Assembly: GCA_000989675.1 (NCBI GenBank)
Contig: LBOT01000001.1
Span: forward strand, 1 to 41,417
Length of the DNA: 41,417 bases
Origin: a candidate division WS6 bacterium GW2011_GWE2_33_157
GTDB lineage: Bacteria > Patescibacteriota > Dojkabacteria > SC72
Reading direction: 5' to 3'
The notes under the pieces were generated by a model, which was given only the letters and a program-made list of their open reading frames with translations, was not told the DNA's origin and did no database searches. Within the stretch, counting starts at the first letter, position 1. The number at the start of each line of letters is the position of its first letter. Both the position numbers and the translations under genes were made by a program. Positions 27,655 through 34,613 of this stretch are shown piece after piece.

Positions 27655-28344
27655 ATGGCAACTTCTTTTAAGAAAAAAGTAGGGAATGAGTTTGAGGAAA
27701 TTTTGAAAATTCTTTCTGGAGAGTTAGAGCTTCGAGAAAAAGAAGAAAAGATTAAGGTCCTTAAAAAGAAGGCGATAGAAAGCAAAAAGGCGGAAACAAG
27801 AAAAAAAATAGCAGAGAAAGATATTGTTTTAGAAGAGAGTGATATTCCAACAAAAAAGGTAGTACAAAATATTAAACTTTTTGAATGGGAGGCATTAGAA
27901 AGGTATGAGTTTAAATTTGAAGGAAAGACACTTTGGATTGTTCTTTCTGCATTCTTACTGTTTACTCTTTATTTAGCAATATTAGGACAATATTGGCTAA
28001 TGGCTGCAATAATATCATTGGTATTCTTTATATATGTTGCAGGTACAAACAAACCTGGCAAGATAAAGCACAGGATTACTGCAAGGGGAGTAGATACTGG
28101 GGGTAAATTGTATGAATGGTTTATGCTTAACAATTTCTGGTTTTCTATTAGGAATGGTCAGTATTTTCTGATCCTTGAAACAAAGTTGAGATATCCAAGA
28201 GCAGTTATATTACTTTTGGGGGAAGCAGATAAGGATGCAATATTTGTTCTTCTACAAGAAAAAATATTGTACAAAGATATTAGGAAGCAAAACAAGTTAG
28301 ATGTTTGGACATATGGTCAATATATCCCCCTTGAGGAGATTTAA
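27655..28344 (+). CDS. Membrane protein, unknown function (K/E-rich N-terminus, TM hairpin, C-terminal globular domain)
   Basis: 229-aa ORF with a charged coiled N-terminus. Two adjacent TM helices follow (LWIVLSAFLLFTLYLAILG / WLMAAIISLVFFIYVAG). Confidence 0.55.
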   Translation: MATSFKKKVGNEFEEILKILSGELELREKEEKIKVLKKKAIESKKAETRKKIAEKDIVLEESDIPTKKVVQNIKLFEWEALERYEFKFEGKTLWIVLSAFLLFTLYLAILGQYWLMAAIISLVFFIYVAGTNKPGKIKHRITARGVDTGGKLYEWFMLNNFWFSIRNGQYFLILETKLRYPRAVILLLGEADKDAIFVLLQEKILYKDIRKQNKLDVWTYGQYIPLEEI

Positions 28345-28356
28345 TCAATATTAAGA

Positions 28357-28362
28357 TATAAT
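28357..28362 (+). promoter_or_regulatory. -10 box TATAAT (GATATAAT) 9 nt upstream of the mature 5' end of tRNA-Ser(CGA)
   Basis: aaGATATAATaacagcatt-GGAGAGG. Confidence 0.4.
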
Positions 28363-28371
28363 AACAGCATT

Positions 28372-28460
28372 GGAGAGGTGCTAGAGTGGTCGAATAGGGC
28401 ACACTCGAAATGTGCTGTTGGGGGATTCCTCAACCGTGGGTTCAAATCCCACCCTCTCCG
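28372..28460 (+). tRNA. tRNA-Ser (anticodon CGA), class II, CCA not encoded
   Basis: Acceptor GGAGAGG/CCTCTCC, anticodon stem-loop GCACA-CTCGAAA-TGTGC, long variable arm, T arm GTGGG-TTCAAAT-CCCAC, discriminator G followed by TTT. Confidence 0.9.
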
Positions 28461-28687
28461 TTTTCCAAACTTCAAGTTTTTATTAAAGATAACCACACCT
28501 TTTGTGAGAGTGTGGATAAGTATAAAAAGCCCGATAATACAACCTTTTTTAATATTAAATTACTATATCGAAACAGTTATCACATTATAGGTATATGTTT
28601 ACACCCCTGTTATCTCTTTCTACTTTTTTGTATTATGTACATATGGAAGATTGCCCAATTACCATTGAAACAATAAACCTTGTTCCT

Positions 28688-29173
28688 ATGGTTCCTAAGA
28701 AAGATAAAAAAGAATCATCAAACAAGTTCAAATTTACTGAAATACTCTTAATACTCTCGGCATTGGGAGTAGTAGTATTTCTTGTATTGTTAGTAATTAA
28801 CCCAAATAAAGAAGCTGCAGAGGCTAGGAATCTTAAAAGAACAGCAGATGTTTCAATGATTCTTTCATATATTAGTTCATATGCGAATACCGTTTTTTCT
28901 ATTCCAGAAGAAATACCTCAATCAAGTGAATGTGTACAATATGGAAATGAAATATGTAAAACAGGGCCATTTAACTGTACAGATTTGGTAAATATGGGTT
29001 TCCTGTCTGAAAATAACGGAGATGCATTAGTTGTTATGCCAAACGATCCCTTATACATATCTGTTAATGGAACAGGATATTTTGTATCTAACAATGGTAA
29101 TGGGTCTGTAACAGTATGTGCTCCACATGCAGAAAGAAACAAAGAGATATCTTTTTCTAAATACATTTATTAA
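28688..29173 (+). CDS. Pilin-like protein, paralog of the major pilin at 39565-39996, with a non-canonical prepilin site
   Basis: KFKFTEILLILSALGVVVFLVLLVINPNKEAAEARNLKRTADVSMILSYISSY parallels FSLIEILVVVALIIILTTITIVAINPAKNFRDTRNAQRSADVLQILNAVTQY. The C-termini match as well (VTVCAPHAERNKEISF vs IEVSAPHAEDGKVISV). Start chosen at ATG 28688; the ORF track starts at 28595. Confidence 0.6.
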   Translation: MVPKKDKKESSNKFKFTEILLILSALGVVVFLVLLVINPNKEAAEARNLKRTADVSMILSYISSYANTVFSIPEEIPQSSECVQYGNEICKTGPFNCTDLVNMGFLSENNGDALVVMPNDPLYISVNGTGYFVSNNGNGSVTVCAPHAERNKEISFSKYIY

Positions 29174-29182
29174 TATATATAC

Positions 29183-30139
29183 ATGAGAGAGAAATTTACA
29201 AAGAATCAAGTTAAAGAAAAAGAACTGATAATATTAACTTCCATATTCTTTTTTCTCCTTTTTGCATACCTCTCTGGCGAATTTGCCTGGATGAAAGATT
29301 TTCAGTTATTGGTTGATCTCTTTGCTGGGATATTCGCTTTCTTTATAGGGATTCTCTCATTAGTTCGCTTCTATACAAAAAGAAACTATGTTAATTACCT
29401 TCTCTTAGGGTTAGGATTTCTAACAGTTTCTTTACTGGAAGTATTTCAGTTATTACTTTCCCTTCAGGCTTTCTCAGACTTTTTTACAATGCCAAGCTCT
29501 GAGGTTTTTCCAAGTACAGTTGTTCTCTCAAGGGTGTTTCTTTCCTTCGTCTTTTTCTTAAGTTGGATTATGACGAAAGAAGAGTACATGGTTAGAGCTG
29601 TAAAAGAAAAGTTGGCATTTGTAGCAATTCTTTTTGCAATATCTACATTTGTCATAGTAGTCTCTACATTTTCTAACCTGTTTGTAGGCTTAGAAGCGTA
29701 TGCCTTCGCTATCGTAATGCAAACCCTAGCCTTAATGTTCTACCTTCTAACTCTAATTGGATATACAAGAAGTAGGGGTATGTATTTTAGGAATTTTGAT
29801 TTCTGGATAATATTTTCTTTAACATTTTCAATCCTCTCTCAAATATTTTTCTTACCATACTTAAACTTAGAGTATGAGTTAATGTTAAATCTTTCTACAT
29901 TAGCCAAATTCATCAGCTACACAATACTACTAATAGGGTTCCTCTCAAGTATATATGAGATGTACAAGAGTGAAGAGAAAGCACAGTTAGAATTAAAGAG
30001 AAAGAATCTGTTACTTACACTTACTAAAAGGAAGGTAGAAGAGGCATATATGATACTAAGGCAGGAAAAATGGGAATTAACAAAGGGTAAAAGTAAGAGA
30101 AAGACAGACAAAATATTTAAAGATATATTAAGGAATTAG
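29183..30139 (+). CDS. Polytopic membrane protein (about 8 TM) with a C-terminal cytoplasmic coiled coil, unknown function
   Basis: 318-aa ORF with repeated hydrophobic helices. The C-terminus is EEKAQLELKRKNLLLTLTKRKVEEAYMILRQEKWEL. No kinase H-box or ATPase motifs. Confidence 0.55.
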   Translation: MREKFTKNQVKEKELIILTSIFFFLLFAYLSGEFAWMKDFQLLVDLFAGIFAFFIGILSLVRFYTKRNYVNYLLLGLGFLTVSLLEVFQLLLSLQAFSDFFTMPSSEVFPSTVVLSRVFLSFVFFLSWIMTKEEYMVRAVKEKLAFVAILFAISTFVIVVSTFSNLFVGLEAYAFAIVMQTLALMFYLLTLIGYTRSRGMYFRNFDFWIIFSLTFSILSQIFFLPYLNLEYELMLNLSTLAKFISYTILLIGFLSSIYEMYKSEEKAQLELKRKNLLLTLTKRKVEEAYMILRQEKWELTKGKSKRKTDKIFKDILRN

Positions 30140-30140
30140 T

Positions 30141-30869
30141 ATGTATTCTCCTAAGATAAAGAGGTATCAAAAGAAGTTTGAATATTCATATGCTTTTGGA
30201 GCATACCCTGTATTAGATTTGTTGAAATATCACTCCGAGAAGGTATACACAATACTTTTAAAAAAAGAAGGACTTGGTAGTGAAGGGGTATCTGAAATAG
30301 AGAGTATTTGTAAGGAAAAGGGTATTAATATAGAGATAAATGGGAGATTGATAGATAAAGTGGCGGTTAAGGAAAATACATATGTCGTTGCAGTATTTAA
30401 GAAATATGAAAGTAAGGTAAGTGAACAAGAGAATCACTTAGTATTAGTGAATCCTTCTAATATGGGTAATATTGGAACCATTATACGCACTATGTTAGGT
30501 TTTGGTTTTAAAGATTTAATCCTCATTAAACCAGCAGTAGATATCTTTGATCCATTGGTAATTAGATCTACAATGGGAGCTTTGTTTAGTATTAGATTTG
30601 AATATTTTGAGAATATTTCTGAGTATTTAGAGAGATTTCCTAATTACAATAAATATCCCTTTATGCTTAATGGTGCTAAAGATATTAAAGATGTTAAATT
30701 TGTAAAACCATATTCATTGATACAAGGAAATGAATCTACAGGGTTAGATGATTCATATCTAAATATTGGTCAGAGTGTATATATTCCTCATTCTAAAGAT
30801 ATAGATTCTTTAAATCTTTCAGTAGCTACTTCTATATCTCTTTGGGAAATTTTCAAAAGGGGTAGTTAA
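30141..30869 (+). CDS. TrmH/SpoU-family RNA 2'-O-methyltransferase (SPOUT)
   Basis: SPOUT motifs NPSNMGNIGTIIRT, IQGNESTGL and LNLSVATSISLWE. Confidence 0.85.
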   Translation: MYSPKIKRYQKKFEYSYAFGAYPVLDLLKYHSEKVYTILLKKEGLGSEGVSEIESICKEKGINIEINGRLIDKVAVKENTYVVAVFKKYESKVSEQENHLVLVNPSNMGNIGTIIRTMLGFGFKDLILIKPAVDIFDPLVIRSTMGALFSIRFEYFENISEYLERFPNYNKYPFMLNGAKDIKDVKFVKPYSLIQGNESTGLDDSYLNIGQSVYIPHSKDIDSLNLSVATSISLWEIFKRGS

Positions 30870-30962
30870 TTGGTTCCATTCTCATATCATACAGCGTTGT
30901 GTAAGCCTCACTAGTGAGTAAAACATATATAAATGGTATAATATAGCGTTCTTTAAGAATTT

Positions 30963-31374
30963 GGGGACGTAAGGCTTTCGACAGGAGTTTATAAGTGCTG
31001 TTGTCACAAATCGTTTTTTAGTTCGTAAAACTAAAACACAGATAAGTGTAGAAAACAAACTAAACGCTTTTGCAAGTAAACTAAGGGCTGCTTTTAGCAT
31101 GCCTTCTTATGCTTACAATTTTGCATAAGTTTGACTGATTAAGTTTGGTCAATGTCTATATCCTCTTTCCCTAGTTAGTGGTTATAGACAGTCGTTACTA
31201 GGGTATAGTAAGTATTTCTTGTCAGTAGGGGATATTTAGTGAATATAATTACTGAGTAAACTTAACTTTTTGTTAGATTTTTTAGTTAGGTTTAGCTATA
31301 CAAATCTAAATATATTTGGAAATGACACTGTACTTAGCTTTTGGACGTGGGTTCAACTCCCACCGTCTCCACCA
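30963..31374 (+). ncRNA. ssrA: tmRNA (ssrA)
   Basis: 5' GGGGACGTAAGGCTTTCGACAGG pairs with 3' ..GGACGTGGGTTCAACTCCCACCGTCTCCACCA (tRNA-like acceptor and T arm, CCA encoded). The internal tag reading frame ends ..SMPSYAYNFA-TAA (stop at 31126-31128). The resume codon is not resolved. Confidence 0.88.
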
Positions 31375-31568
31375 TAGGACATAATTGATTGGTTCGACAT
31401 TCTTCATTTGGGAAATATTCAAATTCTTACTACACAAAAAGAGATTCGTTCCATTTTAAGAATTATTATCAACTTGGGGATTATTTTAACTACGCTTCAG
31501 AGTTCTAGGCAATGAGTAAAGCTTTATTAGGAAAAGAAGCTATTATTTAAAAGAGGCAAAAAGTCAGT

Positions 31569-32417
31569 ATGAAATACTCTGTAATGAAACTTCCTATAGG
31601 GGACGGTAAGATAGGGGATTACAATACTTATTACTTTACAATCAAGTCTACCCAAGATAGAATTTCAAAGGATTTTGTTTTAACAATATCGGATTCAGTA
31701 AGTGCCATTTGGGACTACCAACTGTTCTCAATAGATGAGTTTGCTCCACTTTATATTAATACTATTCTCAATCAAGATCCTGAGCGATCATCAGCAAGGT
31801 TCGATACATATAGTGAGTATTATCAATTTGATTATCCAAATGCAATAAAGCTCCTTCGGGAAACAGTGCAAGGTATTGAGGGAGGGGACTCCGAACGAAG
31901 AAAATTATATATCAAGGTGGTTAACGACCTTCTTGAATCAGTTCACAGGATAGATTCAAGATTTTCTCTGTATGATGGACAAGAGGAATTGATAACAAGA
32001 GTGAATTTTGATTTACAAGGAATAGCGTTTGCTTCGAGAGCAGATTTAATATCTTTTTCCGTTTCTTTATGGCTATTGTTCGAAACATGGACATATAAGG
32101 ACTTTAACGAAGGAAGAATTGATAAGTCAATAAGCTCTAGTGAAGAAGTGCAGACCTTAAAGGAGATTCAGAAATTTTTTAGGAAAACTTTTGAATCGAA
32201 TAAGGAAGCTTGTTCTGGGATTGATATTCTTCGTGCATTATACGATTATCGACAAAGTCGTGCACATAGAAAAAGTCGTGGATACAATACAAAAGTTCGT
32301 GAAGCTCTAGGTTTAAAAGAGGAAGAGGCAAAAAATGCCGAAGAGGTTCTTTTGGAGGCAATTACTATTTTGAACTCTGTGGCATCTGCGTTGGATGCAA
32401 TTACAGGTATTAAATAA
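31569..32417 (+). CDS. Hypothetical protein with a C-terminal HEPN-like Rx4H motif (candidate RNase / abortive-infection-type effector)
   Basis: 282-aa ORF directly downstream of tmRNA. LRALYDYRQSRAHRKS contains R-Q-S-R-A-H (nt 32250-32267), about 50 aa from the C-terminus in a predicted helical region, as in HEPN domains. The N-terminal ~200 aa show no recognisable motif. Confidence 0.6.
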   Translation: MKYSVMKLPIGDGKIGDYNTYYFTIKSTQDRISKDFVLTISDSVSAIWDYQLFSIDEFAPLYINTILNQDPERSSARFDTYSEYYQFDYPNAIKLLRETVQGIEGGDSERRKLYIKVVNDLLESVHRIDSRFSLYDGQEELITRVNFDLQGIAFASRADLISFSVSLWLLFETWTYKDFNEGRIDKSISSSEEVQTLKEIQKFFRKTFESNKEACSGIDILRALYDYRQSRAHRKSRGYNTKVREALGLKEEEAKNAEEVLLEAITILNSVASALDAITGIK

Positions 32418-32829
32418 GTATATAGAGAGTATGTTCAATACAGAGGAATTATGTGTTTCATAGACTAGGAAAGAGGTTTAATGATTATTAAATAGTGAGG
32501 GGGTTATAGAGGATTATTCTTTATCTCTATATCTTTTGATATAATAATGAAAGCTTTAAGCTCGGAGAGAACTAGGTTCAATTTCGTTCCCAGTTCTTCC
32601 ACAATTCGTATTTATTTCTTTTTTAATGATAGAGAAAAAGGTATATTAGAATTTCTGAGATAATGTAGAATATGTATATATAATTTCTCTAAATATTAAG
32701 AGATTAGCTTTTTTAGAAAGTAGTAATCCTCAAGAAAATGACAGTCCTCAATATTATGAAGATTTAGCTGAAGTTGTTCACTCTGCTGATTATATTCCCA
32801 GTGAAAATCTTCGATTAAAAAGAGGAGTA

Positions 32830-33186
32830 GTGGAGCAGGGTACAAACAGATATCTTTCAGCAGAGATAGAGGTAATTGGTAGCAATACGCAATATATATT
32901 TTTTAATAGAGCTGTTGATAAGGATAGATGTACACAAGTAATTGCAAAAATTGTTGAATTTGATTTATCACCAGAAGTTCTTCTATTCGTACAAAGTGAT
33001 TGTAATAATTCCGAGAGTTCTCTATTAAAAACAAACCAAGTAGTAGTAGAGAGTAAACTATTAGAAGCTGAATATATAGCATTTTTTGTAGATGGAGAGT
33101 GGTATAAACATAAAGAAAGAAATAACGGAAGAGAACTTGCAATCCCAGATATCAATACTGAAAAAGACCTTGAAGTTATTTTCTAG
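32830..33186 (+). CDS. Hypothetical protein (118 aa from a GTG start; the frame is open from 32659 without a canonical start)
   Basis: The ORF-track GTG start has AGAGGAG just upstream. The same frame reads protein-like sequence (..SSNPQENDSPQYYEDLAEVVHSADYIPSENLRLKRG..) for 57 codons upstream with no ATG/GTG/TTG. Confidence 0.4.
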   Translation: MEQGTNRYLSAEIEVIGSNTQYIFFNRAVDKDRCTQVIAKIVEFDLSPEVLLFVQSDCNNSESSLLKTNQVVVESKLLEAEYIAFFVDGEWYKHKERNNGRELAIPDINTEKDLEVIF

Positions 33187-33788
33187 ATATTAATCAAAAT
33201 TACAATCATTGTACCTAGTACCATAAATGGTACAAATGGTATTTTAAGACCTTTAAACTTTTTCTTTTTGTATGCAATTATTAAACCATAGAAGAGAGCT
33301 GAAAACACGGTAATATATGACCAATATATTATATTGTTATATCCAATTAATAACCCCACTATTATTGCAATTCTTACATCTCCCTGTCCCAGAGCTTTTT
33401 CCTTTGAAAGTAGTACCGTTAATTGAAATAGTGAACCGAGTATTAAGGTAGAAAGAAAGTTTTGATAAGGGATATATACCCAGTTATTGATCTTTATCCC
33501 TTCCTCAGAACCTAAGGCAAGAAATATGGAAAGATTAGATGCAAAGAGTAGTAACATTAAAGCCAAAGAAAGTGTACTGTGTACTTCCATTTTTTTGAAA
33601 TCAAAATATGCAAGAAATGTAAGTGCAAGAAAGATAGCAACGATTACTATATAAAAGAGAAGATTTTGAAGAGTAAAATTAGACAGGAAGAAAAATTTGA
33701 AGGTGAGGATTAAAAGGAGGATTCCTAATATTGAGAGAAACACCTTCTCTGTTATTGAACATTTAGTTTTAAATATTTGATATTTCAA
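33183..33788 (-). CDS. pilD: Prepilin peptidase (A24 family, PilD/ComC-like, peptidase-only short form)
   Basis: Polytopic. The AYFDFKKMEV region carries the first catalytic Asp, and GQGDVRIAIIVGLLIG matches the G-x-G-D-[VI]-[KR] second Asp motif. Confidence 0.8.
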   Translation of the reverse strand: MKYQIFKTKCSITEKVFLSILGILLLILTFKFFFLSNFTLQNLLFYIVIVAIFLALTFLAYFDFKKMEVHSTLSLALMLLLFASNLSIFLALGSEEGIKINNWVYIPYQNFLSTLILGSLFQLTVLLSKEKALGQGDVRIAIIVGLLIGYNNIIYWSYITVFSALFYGLIIAYKKKKFKGLKIPFVPFMVLGTMIVILINI

Positions 33789-34143
33789 AAGGGTTTACAT
33801 TTATATTTAATTCTTTCTTTACAACAAGCTTTATACTGTTTGAATCAGAAGCTTCAATAATGATTATTTTAAATCCAGGATTATCTATTTTATTTGCAAT
33901 ACCTATCATACAAGACCAATTGTCTTTTGATATTTCAAATGTACCAGTATATGTTGGATTCCTTTTTATTTTATACACACTTTCCTCTATACATGTCTCT
34001 GAGTTGCTTTTTAATATTTGGTAATCATAGTTCATCTTTTCTACAATTAATTCTGTCATACTTTTGTAAAGAGAATCTAATCCTGTTAGCAGAAGTAGTG
34101 GAAGTATGACTAATACGGTTGTTAATGCTACATATCCTTTCAT
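33769..34143 (-). CDS. Minor pilin-like protein lacking Glu5 (PilX/GspK-like position)
   Basis: N-terminus MKG-YVALTTVLVILPLLLL has Gly at -1 and a hydrophobic helix, but no E at +5. It is the last gene of the pilin block and overlaps its neighbours. Confidence 0.5.
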   Translation of the reverse strand: MKGYVALTTVLVILPLLLLTGLDSLYKSMTELIVEKMNYDYQILKSNSETCIEESVYKIKRNPTYTGTFEISKDNWSCMIGIANKIDNPGFKIIIIEASDSNSIKLVVKKELNINVNPFEISNI

Positions 34144-34613
34144 CTTAGTATTGATAAAAGATTAATTGTGTCCGATATATCTGCATCGTCGTTAAGATGT
34201 ATAAGAACGCTTGTCCGAATGCCTATTATCGTTTCAGTATCCTTATATATTGGATCAAGAGAGAATGTAATTACGGACATATTTGGTGGGGTAATTGGTA
34301 CGCCATCAAAATATAGTCTTGAGTTTAATACTTGATACTGTTTATTACCTTCTGTAAAGACTAATTCTAAAGTCCCTTGGTTGTTTCCGAATGTACTATT
34401 AGTACTATTAATTGAAATGGCTTTTTCAAAGGAGTAGTTAATATGTTGTACTACAAATTCTGTAGTCTGGTGTATATTCGCTCTTCTGTTTGTTCTTAAT
34501 GTAGCTTCTTGTGTAGAAAGCATAAAGTTGAGAACAATAACCATGATTATGGCAAAAAGGGCAATGTAAAGCATTGTTTCTACTAGTGTTACACCTTTTA
34601 ATCTATTTTTCAT
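34140..34613 (-). CDS. Minor (pseudo)pilin with a class III signal
   Basis: MKNRLKG-VTLVETMLYIALFAIIMVIV has G(-1) and E(+5). Confidence 0.65.
   Translation of the reverse strand: MKNRLKGVTLVETMLYIALFAIIMVIVLNFMLSTQEATLRTNRRANIHQTTEFVVQHINYSFEKAISINSTNSTFGNNQGTLELVFTEGNKQYQVLNSRLYFDGVPITPPNMSVITFSLDPIYKDTETIIGIRTSVLIHLNDDADISDTINLLSILR

Noticed and set aside
28511-28519. Perfect DnaA box (TGTGGATAA) downstream of tRNA-Ser(CGA)
   Set aside because: It is isolated, with no neighbouring boxes and no adjacent AT-rich unwinding element beyond the genome background. A single 9-mer match in 41 kb on two strands is not far from chance. It also forms part of a small hairpin (ccacac..gtgtgg) that may be the tRNA terminator.
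28378-28676. Two overlapping ORFs (70 and 88 aa) after the 27655-28344 gene
   Set aside because: They are read through the tRNA-Ser(CGA) gene (28372-28460) and the following AT-rich promoter region. The tRNA cloverleaf explains the sequence.
29183-30139. The 8-TM protein with a C-terminal coiled coil as a possible sensor kinase partner for the orphan response regulator
   Set aside because: It has no H-box (HisKA) and no N/G1/F/G2 ATPase motifs, and it ends right after the coiled coil. It cannot be a histidine kinase as encoded.
30882-31100. 72-aa minus-strand ORF
   Set aside because: It lies antisense to the 5' third of the tmRNA gene, and the tmRNA features (GGGGACG..UUCGAC, tag frame) account for the sequence.
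32548-32664. 38-aa ORF (MKALSSERTRFNFVPSSSTIRIYFFFNDREKGILEFLR) preceded by GATATAAT
   Set aside because: The TATAAT is only 1 nt from the ATG, too close for either a leaderless or a leadered start. The ORF covers the putative degenerate tmRNA-end repeat and has a non-protein-like composition.
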